A DNA stretch of 54,441 nucleotides from assembly GCA_039815185.1 (NCBI GenBank), contig JBCBZT010000050.1, positions 1 through 54,441 on the forward strand. The letters run 5' to 3'. The stretch comes from Cyanobacteria bacterium P01_A01_bin.123. GTDB taxonomy: Bacteria > Cyanobacteriota > Cyanobacteriia > Phormidesmidales > Phormidesmidaceae. The position numbers and the translations under genes are program-made. The notes below the pieces were generated by a model that made no database searches, was not told the origin of the DNA, and saw only the letters and a program-made list of their open reading frames with translations. Below, piece by piece: positions 1-9,175 of the stretch (positions within the stretch are counted from its first letter, which is position 1; each line of letters opens with the position of its first letter).

Positions 1-1930
1 ATAGCCCGAAAATCAGCCCGAAAATCAGCCCGAAAATCGGCCCGCCAAGCAGTCTGCCACTCAGCCCGCCACTCAGCCCGAAACCCAGCCCGAAAATCAG
101 CCCGAAAATCAGCCCGAAAATCAGCCCATTCTTCGTTGATTGTTTAATTCCTTGATTCGGATATTTCTTGCTACCCAAATCAACCTCAATAATACTTAGC
201 CCATCAAACAGCCCGCCAAGCAGCCCTAAACTCAACCCGAAAAGCAGCCCGCCAAGCAGCCCTAAACTCAACCCGGCAAGTAGCCCGTAAAGCAGCCTGT
301 AAAGCAGCCCGCCAAGCAGCCCGCCAAGCAGCCCGAAAATCAGCCCGAAAATCAGCCCGAAACCCAGCCCGGCAAGCAGCACATTACGCAAAAATTGTTG
401 CCATGAGCAATTCAAAGCTTCTGGCAGTTTGATATCACGCAGATCGGAACCCTGCCCGATAATTAGCCCCATAATTAGCCCCATAATTAGCCCATAACTC
501 AACCCGATAAGCAGCCCGAAAAACAACCCGTAAATCAGCCCGTAAATCAGCCCGCGAATCCAAAGATAACGAGTCCGATCGCGCCTTCTATCCAACCAAG
601 AGGGTTGCAACCGCTCAATCAGAAACTCTGTTGTACCTACAGCTTCTAGTTTCCTCGCCAGCCAAGACAGGTAATGCTGTGTTTGTTTTGGGCTGGGTGC
701 CTGCCCTGAAGGATAGGTGCCTTGATTATTCAAATCACTGAGTTGCTTATTGATATAGGTATCCAGCAACGCTTCCACACTGTTAATCGGTTGCCCCTGG
801 TATGCCACTACCAAGATCAGCAGAAACAGCGGAGAGCGCACTAATGCCAACAGGTCAGGCTGGCTTTGCAAGGCAGTCCACAATGGGGCACGATTCAACC
901 GCTGAAAGTAATCCCGAATCTGGTCATCGTCTAACGCTTGCAGATAGATAGCACCGTTCAAGCGCTTCAAGTATTCATTCTCGGCTTTTAGGGCTTCATA
1001 TTCCTTGCGCCGACAACAAACTACCAATGGCAATGAGTGGATATCTAGAAACGCATTGATCGCTCGAATGCACTTAATCTGCTTGGCCTTTCGACGTTCT
1101 GCGATTTCCGCTGAGGTTGTTGTATCACCCCCATCTACTCGTCTCAGCTCATCCAAGCCATCGAGCAACGGCAACAGTTGATTCTGCTGAATCCAGTGCT
1201 GAGAAACTTCTGCGGGGACAGTGTATTTCTCCAAAAGCTGGGCACTGAGCCACTCATCAAAGGTAACTTCATCTGTCCATTCGGAGAGTTCAAAGATGAC
1301 GGGGATGGGGAGGTCTGGGTCTTGCTGGGCTTTGCGTAGGAATTCCCTAGCCAGCGCCAGCAACTCATTGGTTTTACCGGAACCGGGTTCACCCAGAATC
1401 AGGAGGCGTCCTTGGATGTCGTCTTGCTCAAACAGCTCTAACGTGGATTTATCAACAGGCTCTGGTGGGGTTGATTGCTTGAAAGCCTTGAACCAGCGAC
1501 GAATAATGTTCTCTCGGAGTGAGTCTTCTTGTGCAGGCGGCAAATCACGCCGTCCCACCAGCTGACGCTGCTCTTCCCGCTTCAAATCTATGCGCACCTT
1601 GTGATGCAGAGAGCTATCTAAGCGAATCACCACCTGCTCAAGGACAACCTCAATGAGCTGTCGCCGCAGCTTTTGGCGTACTTCATCGGTGATCTCTGTC
1701 TTCTTGGGGACAAGGTAGTTTCGAGCGAAGTCGATGATCTTGCCCAGGTTGCCTGTCCATGCAGCGATCGCAGCAGTCGCCAAAGCAATCACAGCAAATC
1801 CAGCTATCCCCCAGCTTATGACTGAGTGCTGATTTAGGAAGTCGAAGATTTGCTCTAGCTTGGTGGGATCTGGTGGTGGGGTGTTCGGGTCAGCTTGGCC
1901 CAGCAGTGTAGTCAACAGCAGATCTGCCAT
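1..1930 (-). CDS. NACHT/STAND NTPase with Gly-rich transmembrane repeats, 3' end outside window; paralog of 18014..20179
   Basis: Manual translation from ATG at 1930 gives MADLLLTTLLGQADPNTPPPDPTKLEQ..., colinear with 18014..20179. Walker A GEPGSGKT near 1370-1395, Walker B LLDGLDE near 1145-1170, 12-bp AGCCCGAAAATC-type repeats. Probably missing from the ORF track because no stop lies in the window. Confidence 0.85.
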   Translation of the reverse strand, partial: MADLLLTTLLGQADPNTPPPDPTKLEQIFDFLNQHSVISWGIAGFAVIALATAAIAAWTGNLGKIIDFARNYLVPKKTEITDEVRQKLRRQLIEVVLEQVVIRLDSSLHHKVRIDLKREEQRQLVGRRDLPPAQEDSLRENIIRRWFKAFKQSTPPEPVDKSTLELFEQDDIQGRLLILGEPGSGKTNELLALAREFLRKAQQDPDLPIPVIFELSEWTDEVTFDEWLSAQLLEKYTVPAEVSQHWIQQNQLLPLLDGLDELRRVDGGDTTTSAEIAERRKAKQIKCIRAINAFLDIHSLPLVVCCRRKEYEALKAENEYLKRLNGAIYLQALDDDQIRDYFQRLNRAPLWTALQSQPDLLALVRSPLFLLILVVAYQGQPINSVEALLDTYINKQLSDLNNQGTYPSGQAPSPKQTQHYLSWLARKLEAVGTTEFLIERLQPSWLDRRRDRTRYLWIRGLIYGLIYGLFFGLLIGLSYGLIMGLIMGLIIGQGSDLRDIKLPEALNCSWQQFLRNVLLAGLGFGLIFGLIFGLLGGLLGGLLYRLLYGLLAGLSLGLLGGLLFGLSLGLLGGLFDGLSIIEVDLGSKKYPNQGIKQSTKNGLIFGLIFGLIFGLGFGLSGGLSGRLLGGPIFGLIFGLIFGL

Positions 1931-2342
1931 GGGTTGGGGAATGGGGGGATTTTATCCCTTTATGGCATAGCAAGGCTGAGTTGGCGAGTGCTGGGTAGAA
2001 GAGCCGAGTGCCCATATGACGCGGAAGCTGCCTCGTGAGCTGCTGGGGCGGTTGGATCAGGCTTTTTATGCGAAGCAGGGCGATCGGCAGTTTTTGATGG
2101 GGGAGTAGGGGTAAACGTTATTGCGGTTGATATGCCTCCAGAAGCCCGCCAACAAGCCCACCTTGAAAAGGGCTGCGGGCTTTGCGCTCAAGTTGCTAGC
2201 CATACTGCCAAAGAACTGTCCCTAATACCGCCCAAAATCCTATGAAGACTCCTGTCTGCAATCAGACTAGCTGGCTGATATAGCCGTAGCCAGTCTGATT
2301 GGGACATAAACTAGAGAAGCATCCCCTGTCTATCTCAGACCT

Positions 2343-3270
2343 ATGGCCAAACCCTACAGTCTTGATTTCCGGCAAAAAGTCATCGACGCCATCGAACTCG
2401 ATGGTCTCAAAAAATGTGAGGCTAGCGAACTGTTCAATATCAGTCGCAACACCATCAATTTGTGGTTCCAGCGCAGAGCGGCAACCGGAGACCTCACCCC
2501 CAAGCCCCGTCAGAGCCGACCATTCCAGAATAGAATCAAAGACTGGGAGAAGTTTCGCCGCTTTGTGAAAGCCAATGGCGATAAGACCCAACAGGAAATG
2601 GCTGAGCTCTGGGATGAGCCGATTAGCCAAAGAACCATCTCGCGGGCGATCGCGAAGATTAGGCAGTCACGAAAAAGCGGTGCGACCCCGCGCCGTCGAA
2701 CGGCGCTAGGGAACGCGCACCAAGGCAAAGACGTACGGTTACCGCCAACGAGATGAAGCCAAACGGAGTGAGTTCCAGTGCCAAGTGAAAGACCCTAGAG
2801 CCCCGCATTTAGTTTATGTCGATGAGTCAGGGATGGATGAGCGGGACAACTACGGCTATGGTTATGCCCCCATCGGAGAACGCTACTACGCTCTCAAGTC
2901 AGGCCGACGGCAGAGTCGTATCAATATGATGGCAGGCTATCGGGGCACGCAACTGATTGCACCATTTACTATCGAGGGGGCTTGTAACCGCAGTGTCTTT
3001 GAAGGGTGGTTAGAAACTTGTCTGATGCCAGTGTTGCGTCCGGGAGACTGGGTGATTTTGGACAATGCTACCTTTCATCACGGGGGTCGGATTGCGGAAT
3101 TAATCGAAGCTGCTGGGTGTCAACTGCTTTATCTGCCACCGTATTCACCGGACTTGAATCGCATTGAAAAGTGCTGGGCTTGGTTGAAGAGCCGCATTCG
3201 TAAGCGACTTCCACAATCAGAGAGTTTACGGGCAGCAATGGAAGCGGTTCTCAGACATGCAGCGTCCTAA
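2343..3270 (+). pseudogene. IS630 transposase (OrfA HTH 2343..2756, OrfB DDE to 3270); frameshift site interrupted by a 50-bp insert
   Basis: MAKPYSLDFRQKV HTH start; YVDESG, ILDNATFH and LPPYSPDLNRIE DDE motifs; the A-run slippery site is split by 2677..2726. Confidence 0.8.
2677..2726. repeat. 50-bp GC-rich hairpin insert (small dispersed repeat-like)
   Basis: GGTGCG..CCC.GCGCCGT-CGA-ACGGCGC..GGG..CGCACC stem-loop between AAAAA and AAAGACG. Confidence 0.7.
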
Positions 3271-3966
3271 TCGATGTGGCTGCGGCTATAGGTGAAAAGC
3301 TGGAGAGGAAGTGATTAATCCCAAGCACACTTGAAACAGACACGATTGGAAACCAGCAGAACCAAGGGGTTCACTTCAGTGGGCTACGAAAGCCTTTCGC
3401 TACACTTGTCTCGCCTTCCAAAATACCGATATAGAGAATCGGATTAGGTGAAGTTGCTTTCCTAAATCAATCTAAAATTTTTAAATTTGCTTTACAATCG
3501 ACCATTGCAGTATGAGGATAGGTTATACAAGCAATATCCCTTCCGTAGTATTTACTTGGCTAGAGCTTTGATGTTCATTCTTTTGCCACAAAGGGGTATC
3601 TACTTAAAGTTCCTTGTTCGCTTAATCGACCTTAATCGAAGTATAAAAGTTTTATCTTTGTTGGGTTGTTGGGGCAATTTCTCTCTTTGCTACTTATTCC
3701 TGTGAATAGTTGAATGGAATACTACTTGCTCAATTCTTAGTGGTTAAAACTCAAGAAACCATGAGAAGAGGTGCATCTTTGTTTTGTTGGATAATTCCAT
3801 CTTTCTAGCAATTCCTTAACCATCTAGTTTTGATTTTTAACTACTTGGTTGAGATAAATTTCTGCATAACACCCATTCTAAAATGGGATCAAAAGCCATC
3901 GAAACCTATGCACTGCAGGTGTTCTCATGCGATGCATCACCCATAGTGCTATGCAGGTTTATGTCT

Positions 3967-3985
3967 GCATAATCATTAGTTATCC
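3967..3985 (+). other. attI-like integron simple site (L box GCATAAT, 5-bp spacer, R box GTTATCC)
   Basis: 7-5-7 layout; a second TCTGCATAA copy at 3861-3869; the R box pairs 6/7 with R'' of the downstream attC. Confidence 0.45.
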
Positions 3986-4230
3986 GTCAGATCTGACACT
4001 GAATATATAGTTAGCTTCCTGATTTATCTAAACCTCTCCGTAATGTAAACTAACCCTCTTCTGCTAATTCTGCTTTCGTCAGAGAATATCTGAAACAGTC
4101 ATTTCTCGTTGCGGTGGAAAACTATTCCTTCGCGTAAAAATAGGAGTATGGGCGAAAAACAGCTAGTTATTTATTCTCCAGCGGCTTTGACAAAAGAGGG
4201 CTAAGTACAATCAACGATCAACATCATACT

Positions 4231-4533
4231 ATGGCAAATACTTACGAAGTTATTTTGATTAATCCATCAGACGGGACCTTTCAAATGATTGAGGTTAAAG
4301 ACAATGAATACATACTTGATGCTGCTGAAGAGCAAGGACTAGATTTACCATATTCTTGTCGTGCAGGCGCTTGTACCACTTGTGCTGGATTTATTCTTGA
4401 GGGAGGTGTAGATCAGAGCGATCAGTCATTTCTAGATGATGATCAAATTGAAGCTGGCTTTGTACTAACTTGCGTAGCTTATCCTGTTTCAGATTGCACT
4501 ATTAGAACTCATCAATCTGAATCCTCATGGTAA
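4231..4533 (+). CDS. petF: Plant-type [2Fe-2S] ferredoxin
   Basis: [14 protein letters not shown]...[25 protein letters not shown] is the PetF-type signature with all four Cys ligands. Confidence 0.93.
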   Translation: MANTYEVILINPSDGTFQMIEVKDNEYILDAAEEQGLDLPYSCRAGACTTCAGFILEGGVDQSDQSFLDDDQIEAGFVLTCVAYPVSDCTIRTHQSESSW

Positions 4534-4566
4534 TGGATCAATTAAAGTAAGGCTTGTGAATTAATT

Positions 4567-7257
4567 ATGTCAAACTCAGAAAAAGAGCTTCTTGATGCTC
4601 TAGACAATATTAGTAAGCTTAATAGTCCATTTAAAAGGGCCTTAAAACTAGGAAATTTAGCCTCTGAGTTAACTACCCCTACTTTGCTTTTAACAGCATT
4701 AGAGATAGTTTCTAAGATTGATGAACCAGAAGCATGTGCTTTTGCACTTTCAAGTTTAAGTACCCGTTTAGATGACAGCCAGATTCTTGAGGGCCTCAGA
4801 ATAGCAAGCAGTATTGATATTTCAAACTCAAATCGTGATAGTGCCTTAGCCACTTTCAGGTCTAGACTTAGCCTTAATCTTGATTCCATGGCAGAAGCTT
4901 TGGAAGTAGCTAGAGGATTTGTTTCTATTAAGAGTTATCGCTCCAGTTCAGACTTTTTAGCGGAAGTTATTCCACATCTATCTCCTGAATTTCTGAAAGA
5001 AGCTTTAGAAATTGCTTATAAAATAGATGATAGCCAAGCAAGAGAAAGTCGTTTTGATGCGCTTACTGAACTTAATAAGATCTTGAGGCAATTATTCAAC
5101 TCTTCTAGCGAAGAATCAGCTTTTCGTGAATCCTATTTGCCTGATAGCTACCCATCTTATATTGATAGCAATTCTTCTAGTGGTTACCGAGCCAAAAGGA
5201 ATGAAGAAATCGACAGGGAATTCTGTGAGGCTCCGCGCGCTAGAGCTAAAGTTTTAGCATTGCTTTATTACTGCTTAAAAGAAGAGCAAAGATCTGAAGT
5301 TTTCGAAAAACTTTTAGAAGCTATTGAAGAAATTCCTGCTCAACCTTGTAAGGCACACACTCTTATAGCGCTATCTCCGCACCTGCCGAAGAATGCAGCT
5401 GTGAGAGTAGTACAAAGAGCCTTCACGATTGTAAAGGAAATTGTCGAAGATATTGATAACAGTCTTCAAGAAGAAAATGCTCCTCGGCTGAGAGAAGATA
5501 TTAATAAAATTCTTAATGACATCCAGGAACTGGAAAATCAGCTGCATACTCCATCAATCTCAACTTTATCAAGTGCAATCCTGGACAGACTGAGCTGGGC
5601 TGAATCGATCCTGTTTGATAATCGTTGGTGGAAACCAAATATGATCGAAGGTGTACCACCAGCATATATTCCAAAACTTCCTCTAGCTAAGGAAGTTACT
5701 AGGAGCGATCAGATAGAGACTGATAGTGATGTTGGAGGGGACACCACTCCTCAAACACACGTACGATATCCTAACCTTGTATGTCCGGACAACCTTGTCG
5801 TGAATGAAAGGGAAATTATTATTGTTAAGCTATTGCTTGATAAGCCCAACAATAAATCTGAGGGATTTTTGATTCCTGATAGTGGTACTGATGAGTTACC
5901 AAAAGTAAGTGTCGTATTAACTGCTCCAGGGTTTCATGTAGATAGGCATACTAAAACTCTTCAAGTTGAGCAAGACAAAAATTCAGAAGTACCTTTTGCT
6001 CTAACTCCTTTAGAACTAGGTCTTCACAAGATTACAGTAAGATTTTATCTGGATGACAACCTTGCAATTCTTGGCGTTATAGAGAAAAATGTTTTAGTTT
6101 CAGAACAGTATGCTTCGGAGGAAGTTCCTCAATATAATGAATCAGCAGTTATAAATATAGAAACAGAAGCAAAGACTTTTTTGCCTGCAACAGATTTGGA
6201 ATTGTTTGTCCATCTTAGTGCTGATAAACATAAACTTTCCTTTGGTTTGAGATCTGAAGATTACTTTGGAGATTATGGGGAAATTACTTTGAATTTCTCT
6301 CCCTTAAAAGAGATGGAAGCTAGATATAAAGAGCTGGATGAAAAGGCTAAAATAATTCCAGATACGACGGATCAAGAAAAGTCTTCCGAACGGCGACTGG
6401 CTGCAATAGGGAGAGAATTGTGGGATAAATATGTCCCTCAACCCCTTAAAGAGGAATATTGGGAATTTAAATCAAGCGTAAAGTCTATTCTCGTTGCTTC
6501 TCAAGAAGCATGGATCCCTTGGGAAATAATTAAGCCATATAGACTTAACAAAAAAGATAGAACACGTGAGGAGGATCCCTTCTGGTGTCAGCAATTTAAT
6601 ATTTCTCGATGGTTGCCTGTGCAAGGGGGAGGAGGATTGCCTGGTGATCTTGAGATTACAACGGTGAATCCTGTAGTCCCAAACAACACAGATTTGAAAG
6701 GTGCGAAAGACGAACTTGCATTTTTTGAGACAATTTCAACCCTGAACGAAAATATTAGACATCGTGTGCCTATTGATACTGTAATGCAGGTTTTAGATCG
6801 TTTAGAGAATGACAAGGAACTCTCAATTCTGCATTTTGCATGCCATGGAGCTTTTGATACAGGTTTATCGGATGAAGCAGCTATTAAACTGTCTGATGCA
6901 TCCTTACGGCCTAGCGATATTCAAATTTATTTGGATAAACAAGGGCGACGACCTTTGATCTTCATTAATGCATGTCATGTAGGAAGAGTTGGATACACTC
7001 CTACAGGACTAGGTGGGTGGGCTGAGAGAATGGTGAAATATCGTGTAGGAGCTTTTATTGGCGCAATGTGGGAAGTTACTGACGATCTAGCGCTCCAATT
7101 TGCTGAGACTTTCTATACAGGGCTTTTGAAGGACAAAAAAACAATTGCGGAAGCTTTCCGTCTGGCACGTGAAAAAATTCGACAACGCGCTCCCCATAAC
7201 TCCACCTGGCTGGCATACAGTCTTTATGCTGCTCCGGAGAGGAGATTAAGGGCATAG
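4567..7257 (+). CDS. CHAT (caspase-like) protease with N-terminal helical repeats and a central beta-rich domain
   Basis: C-terminal IPWEII, LHFACHG, FINACHVG, IGAMWEVTD and WLAYSLY motifs; catalytic His/Cys intact; N-terminal ALE(I/V)AxxI repeats. Confidence 0.88.
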   Translation: MSNSEKELLDALDNISKLNSPFKRALKLGNLASELTTPTLLLTALEIVSKIDEPEACAFALSSLSTRLDDSQILEGLRIASSIDISNSNRDSALATFRSRLSLNLDSMAEALEVARGFVSIKSYRSSSDFLAEVIPHLSPEFLKEALEIAYKIDDSQARESRFDALTELNKILRQLFNSSSEESAFRESYLPDSYPSYIDSNSSSGYRAKRNEEIDREFCEAPRARAKVLALLYYCLKEEQRSEVFEKLLEAIEEIPAQPCKAHTLIALSPHLPKNAAVRVVQRAFTIVKEIVEDIDNSLQEENAPRLREDINKILNDIQELENQLHTPSISTLSSAILDRLSWAESILFDNRWWKPNMIEGVPPAYIPKLPLAKEVTRSDQIETDSDVGGDTTPQTHVRYPNLVCPDNLVVNEREIIIVKLLLDKPNNKSEGFLIPDSGTDELPKVSVVLTAPGFHVDRHTKTLQVEQDKNSEVPFALTPLELGLHKITVRFYLDDNLAILGVIEKNVLVSEQYASEEVPQYNESAVINIETEAKTFLPATDLELFVHLSADKHKLSFGLRSEDYFGDYGEITLNFSPLKEMEARYKELDEKAKIIPDTTDQEKSSERRLAAIGRELWDKYVPQPLKEEYWEFKSSVKSILVASQEAWIPWEIIKPYRLNKKDRTREEDPFWCQQFNISRWLPVQGGGGLPGDLEITTVNPVVPNNTDLKGAKDELAFFETISTLNENIRHRVPIDTVMQVLDRLENDKELSILHFACHGAFDTGLSDEAAIKLSDASLRPSDIQIYLDKQGRRPLIFINACHVGRVGYTPTGLGGWAERMVKYRVGAFIGAMWEVTDDLALQFAETFYTGLLKDKKTIAEAFRLAREKIRQRAPHNSTWLAYSLYAAPERRLRA

Positions 7258-7316
7258 AGTTTCTTTGGGCAACCTATTAGTTCAATTAACCCATAGTTCA
7301 GTACTGGCAAGACCTT

Positions 7317-7802
7317 ATGACACAACTCGATGATCTGACGGAAAAGCTAGTCAAATTAGATGATGATCAATTAATGCTACATCTAGGGATGAGTACAAAA
7401 GGGATCAGTGAAGATCTCGGAGGCCAAACAAGAAGTGCATCGATTGATTCAATTGATCCTAGACGTTATGCAATTACTAGGTCCAATGAAGACACACTAA
7501 ATTTCGGGCAAAGGCTTTTCAAGCGTTTAAATGATGCGTCTTATGAGCTTCTATGCAAAGACCCCTTCGATGATGGGGAAACTTTACGAGAGCTAAGTAA
7601 AGTATTAGAGGATAGTACTGCGAAAGCTGCTGGACTTCTAGCACCTGTTTTAGTAGCTAATCTGGGTTTAGCTCCTGCTGTGGCTGCTATTGTTGCTACT
7701 TTGATTGTCAGAACTATTTCAAAAGCTATCGCAGATGAGATATGCTACACATGGGGGCGTAGTCTTGATACTTCTTCAAGAAGTAACTCTGACGCACAGT
7801 AG
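7317..7802 (+). CDS. Hypothetical helical protein with a hydrophobic C-terminal segment
   Basis: 161-aa ORF co-oriented 59 bp after the CHAT gene; hydrophobic LLAPVLVANLGLAPAVAAIVATLIV; stop codon 3 bp before the attC R'' box. Confidence 0.75.
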   Translation: MTQLDDLTEKLVKLDDDQLMLHLGMSTKGISEDLGGQTRSASIDSIDPRRYAITRSNEDTLNFGQRLFKRLNDASYELLCKDPFDDGETLRELSKVLEDSTAKAAGLLAPVLVANLGLAPAVAAIVATLIVRTISKAIADEICYTWGRSLDTSSRSNSDAQ

Positions 7803-7805
7803 ACG

Positions 7806-8581
7806 GGCTAATCGGGTAGCAGGGGGTTTCTCTCCCCCCACCCCCACGGCACCCCGCATGCGTGTCCGCACGGGGCGCTTCCTCGAAGAGGTTTAGACAA
7901 GCTGGTTCAACAGAACCGCTGTCCAGGGCTGGTTACGCAATTAAGCGCCGACAGTTTAGCTCCCCCATCCGGGTTCATTGCTGTGTCGAACTTTGTGGCT
8001 CCTCCCTGACTTCAAGGTTCGGCCCTTCACCGATGTCCCACCCATTACGGTGGGCATTTGGCTAATATGGCCTCTGCCCAATCACATCCGGCGTTTCCAC
8101 TGGATGCGCTGTCTGGAGAACCTTAGGGTTCTGTGGCTATCTAGCTCTTTCGGGCTAGACCTCAGTCAGACTCCCTCAGATCAACCGACTGCGCCTTGGG
8201 CAGACCTCCCCGGATAAGACTGTGAACTGTCACTGCACAACCGCGTCATTTACCGTGCTCCCTGAACCAATGGGCTTCGTTGTGGTGTGCCAACTTACCC
8301 AGGAGTCCCGGCCTGCTGTGACGTTTCTGTCCGTCGGCTCACAGCTTTCCGTTGGCTTCCTTCAGACCCTCCCTCGCGAGAGTGCCCTTGCCTTAAGCTA
8401 GTCGTTGGTGTCTCTCGGCTCCTATGACTTTCGAGCATTTGGACACTGGTTCTCCGACAGGGGACTTGCACCCCATTAGTTCACGCCCGTGCCGGGCGTA
8501 CACAAATCGTTGCAGCGGCGAGATGAACAATTCTAATAGAATATCGAAATTTCTAGTCGCCGCTGACCAGGAACGTTAAGC
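7806..8581 (+). other. Integron attC site (about 85 bp when rejoined) split by a group II intron
   Basis: Rejoined sequence GGCTA/ACAAATCGTTGCAGCGGCGA...TCGCCGCTGACCAGGAACGTTAAGC shows R'' (..TAAC), complementary L arms CAGCGGCGA/TCGCCGCTG and R' GTTAAGC (GTTRRRY). Confidence 0.8.
7811..8501 (-). mobile_element. ORF-less group IIC (attC-targeting) intron, 691 nt
   Basis: Minus-strand 5' end GTACGCCCGGCACGGG follows exon TTGT. Short domain V GAAGCGCCCCGTGCGGACACGCATGCGGGGTG has a CGC triad. Domain VI ends CTACCCGAT. No RT ORF. Confidence 0.88.
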
Positions 8582-8709
8582 CAACTGAAATAGTTGCCCA
8601 AAAGTGGCAACCACTCTCCAGGCACAGCAAGGGTTCATCAGAATTGGGTGGACGACAGCTTAGGTGTTTCAAATCATAGCTCTGAGGCGATATAGTCCAA
8701 AAGTAGGGG

Positions 8710-8744
8710 GTTTCAAATTACTTGCCCCGCAAGGGAACGGAAAC
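8710..8744 (+). CRISPR. Solitary CRISPR repeat (GTTTCAAATTACTTGCCCCGCAAGGGAACGGAAAC) preceded by a leader-like sequence
   Basis: 35 nt with GTTTC...GGAAAC ends and a CCC-GCAA-GGG hairpin, resembling cyanobacterial type III repeats; no second copy seen nearby. Confidence 0.65.
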
Positions 8745-8803
8745 CCGCGATCGTCTTGTTCGACTTCGGCAATGGTCGTGGACCGTTGTGCTATCGGTAG
8801 CCA

Positions 8804-9175
8804 ATGTCCACTATGTCTCCAAAGCTTAAGCTCTTTCTAGTCGTCTGCGCGATCGCCCTCCCCCTGGCCATATTGATTCGAGTCGTGGGCAACCGATTAC
8901 AGCCCCAGGTAGCATGCACTTGGCAGGAGAACGGCCAAAGACTGCGACGACGCCCCGGAAGGTGCTTTGATACTGAGGCCCAAGTAGGAGAAGCGACCAT
9001 CAGGCAGGCTGCCGGAATCAGCAAGTCTGACTTTCCCCAGACAGCGATCTGCTTCGCGATCGACGCTAAAGTTGTGGGTGAGCAGATGCAGTTAACCTTT
9101 GGTCTGCCGTCGTTTGTTGATAAACTCCTCAGCTTCCTCAAGTGTCTTGAACTTTTCTGGATAACGCTCCCTTAA
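8804..9175 (+). CDS. Possible small membrane-anchored hypothetical protein (3' end overlaps the convergent gene; may be truncated)
   Basis: ORF with a signal/TM-like N-terminus KLKLFLVVCAIALPLAILIRVV. Confidence 0.3.
   Translation: MSTMSPKLKLFLVVCAIALPLAILIRVVGNRLQPQVACTWQENGQRLRRRPGRCFDTEAQVGEATIRQAAGISKSDFPQTAICFAIDAKVVGEQMQLTFGLPSFVDKLLSFLKCLELFWITLP

Larger units (their letters stand above)
2281..3288 (+). mobile_element. IS630-family insertion sequence
   Basis: Imperfect terminal IRs (left TAGCCGTAGCCAGTCTGATTGGGAC; right, reverse-complemented, TAGCCGCAGCCACATCGATTAGGAC). TA duplication at 2279-2280 and 3289-3290. Encloses HTH and DDE transposase ORFs. Confidence 0.92.

Noticed and set aside
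2016..2108. 30-codon ORF MTRKLPRELLGRLDQAFYAKQGDRQFLMGE
   Set aside because: Too short and no recognisable family; at most a gene fragment.
2262..2630. 122-aa antisense ORF over the IS630
   Set aside because: Shadow of transposase OrfA.
3291..3860. Expected integron integrase upstream of the attI-like site; 72-aa ORF 3487..3705
   Set aside because: No tyrosine recombinase motifs seen; the ORF has a weak start and is not protein-like.
7705..8217. Short ORFs 7705..7896, 7862..8065 and 7978..8217
   Set aside because: They lie largely antisense within the structured intron RNA; no RT motifs.
4567..8744. Craspase-like link between the CHAT protease and CRISPR
   Set aside because: No Cas7-11, Cas10, SAVED or CARF domain seen; proximity to a solitary repeat is not enough.
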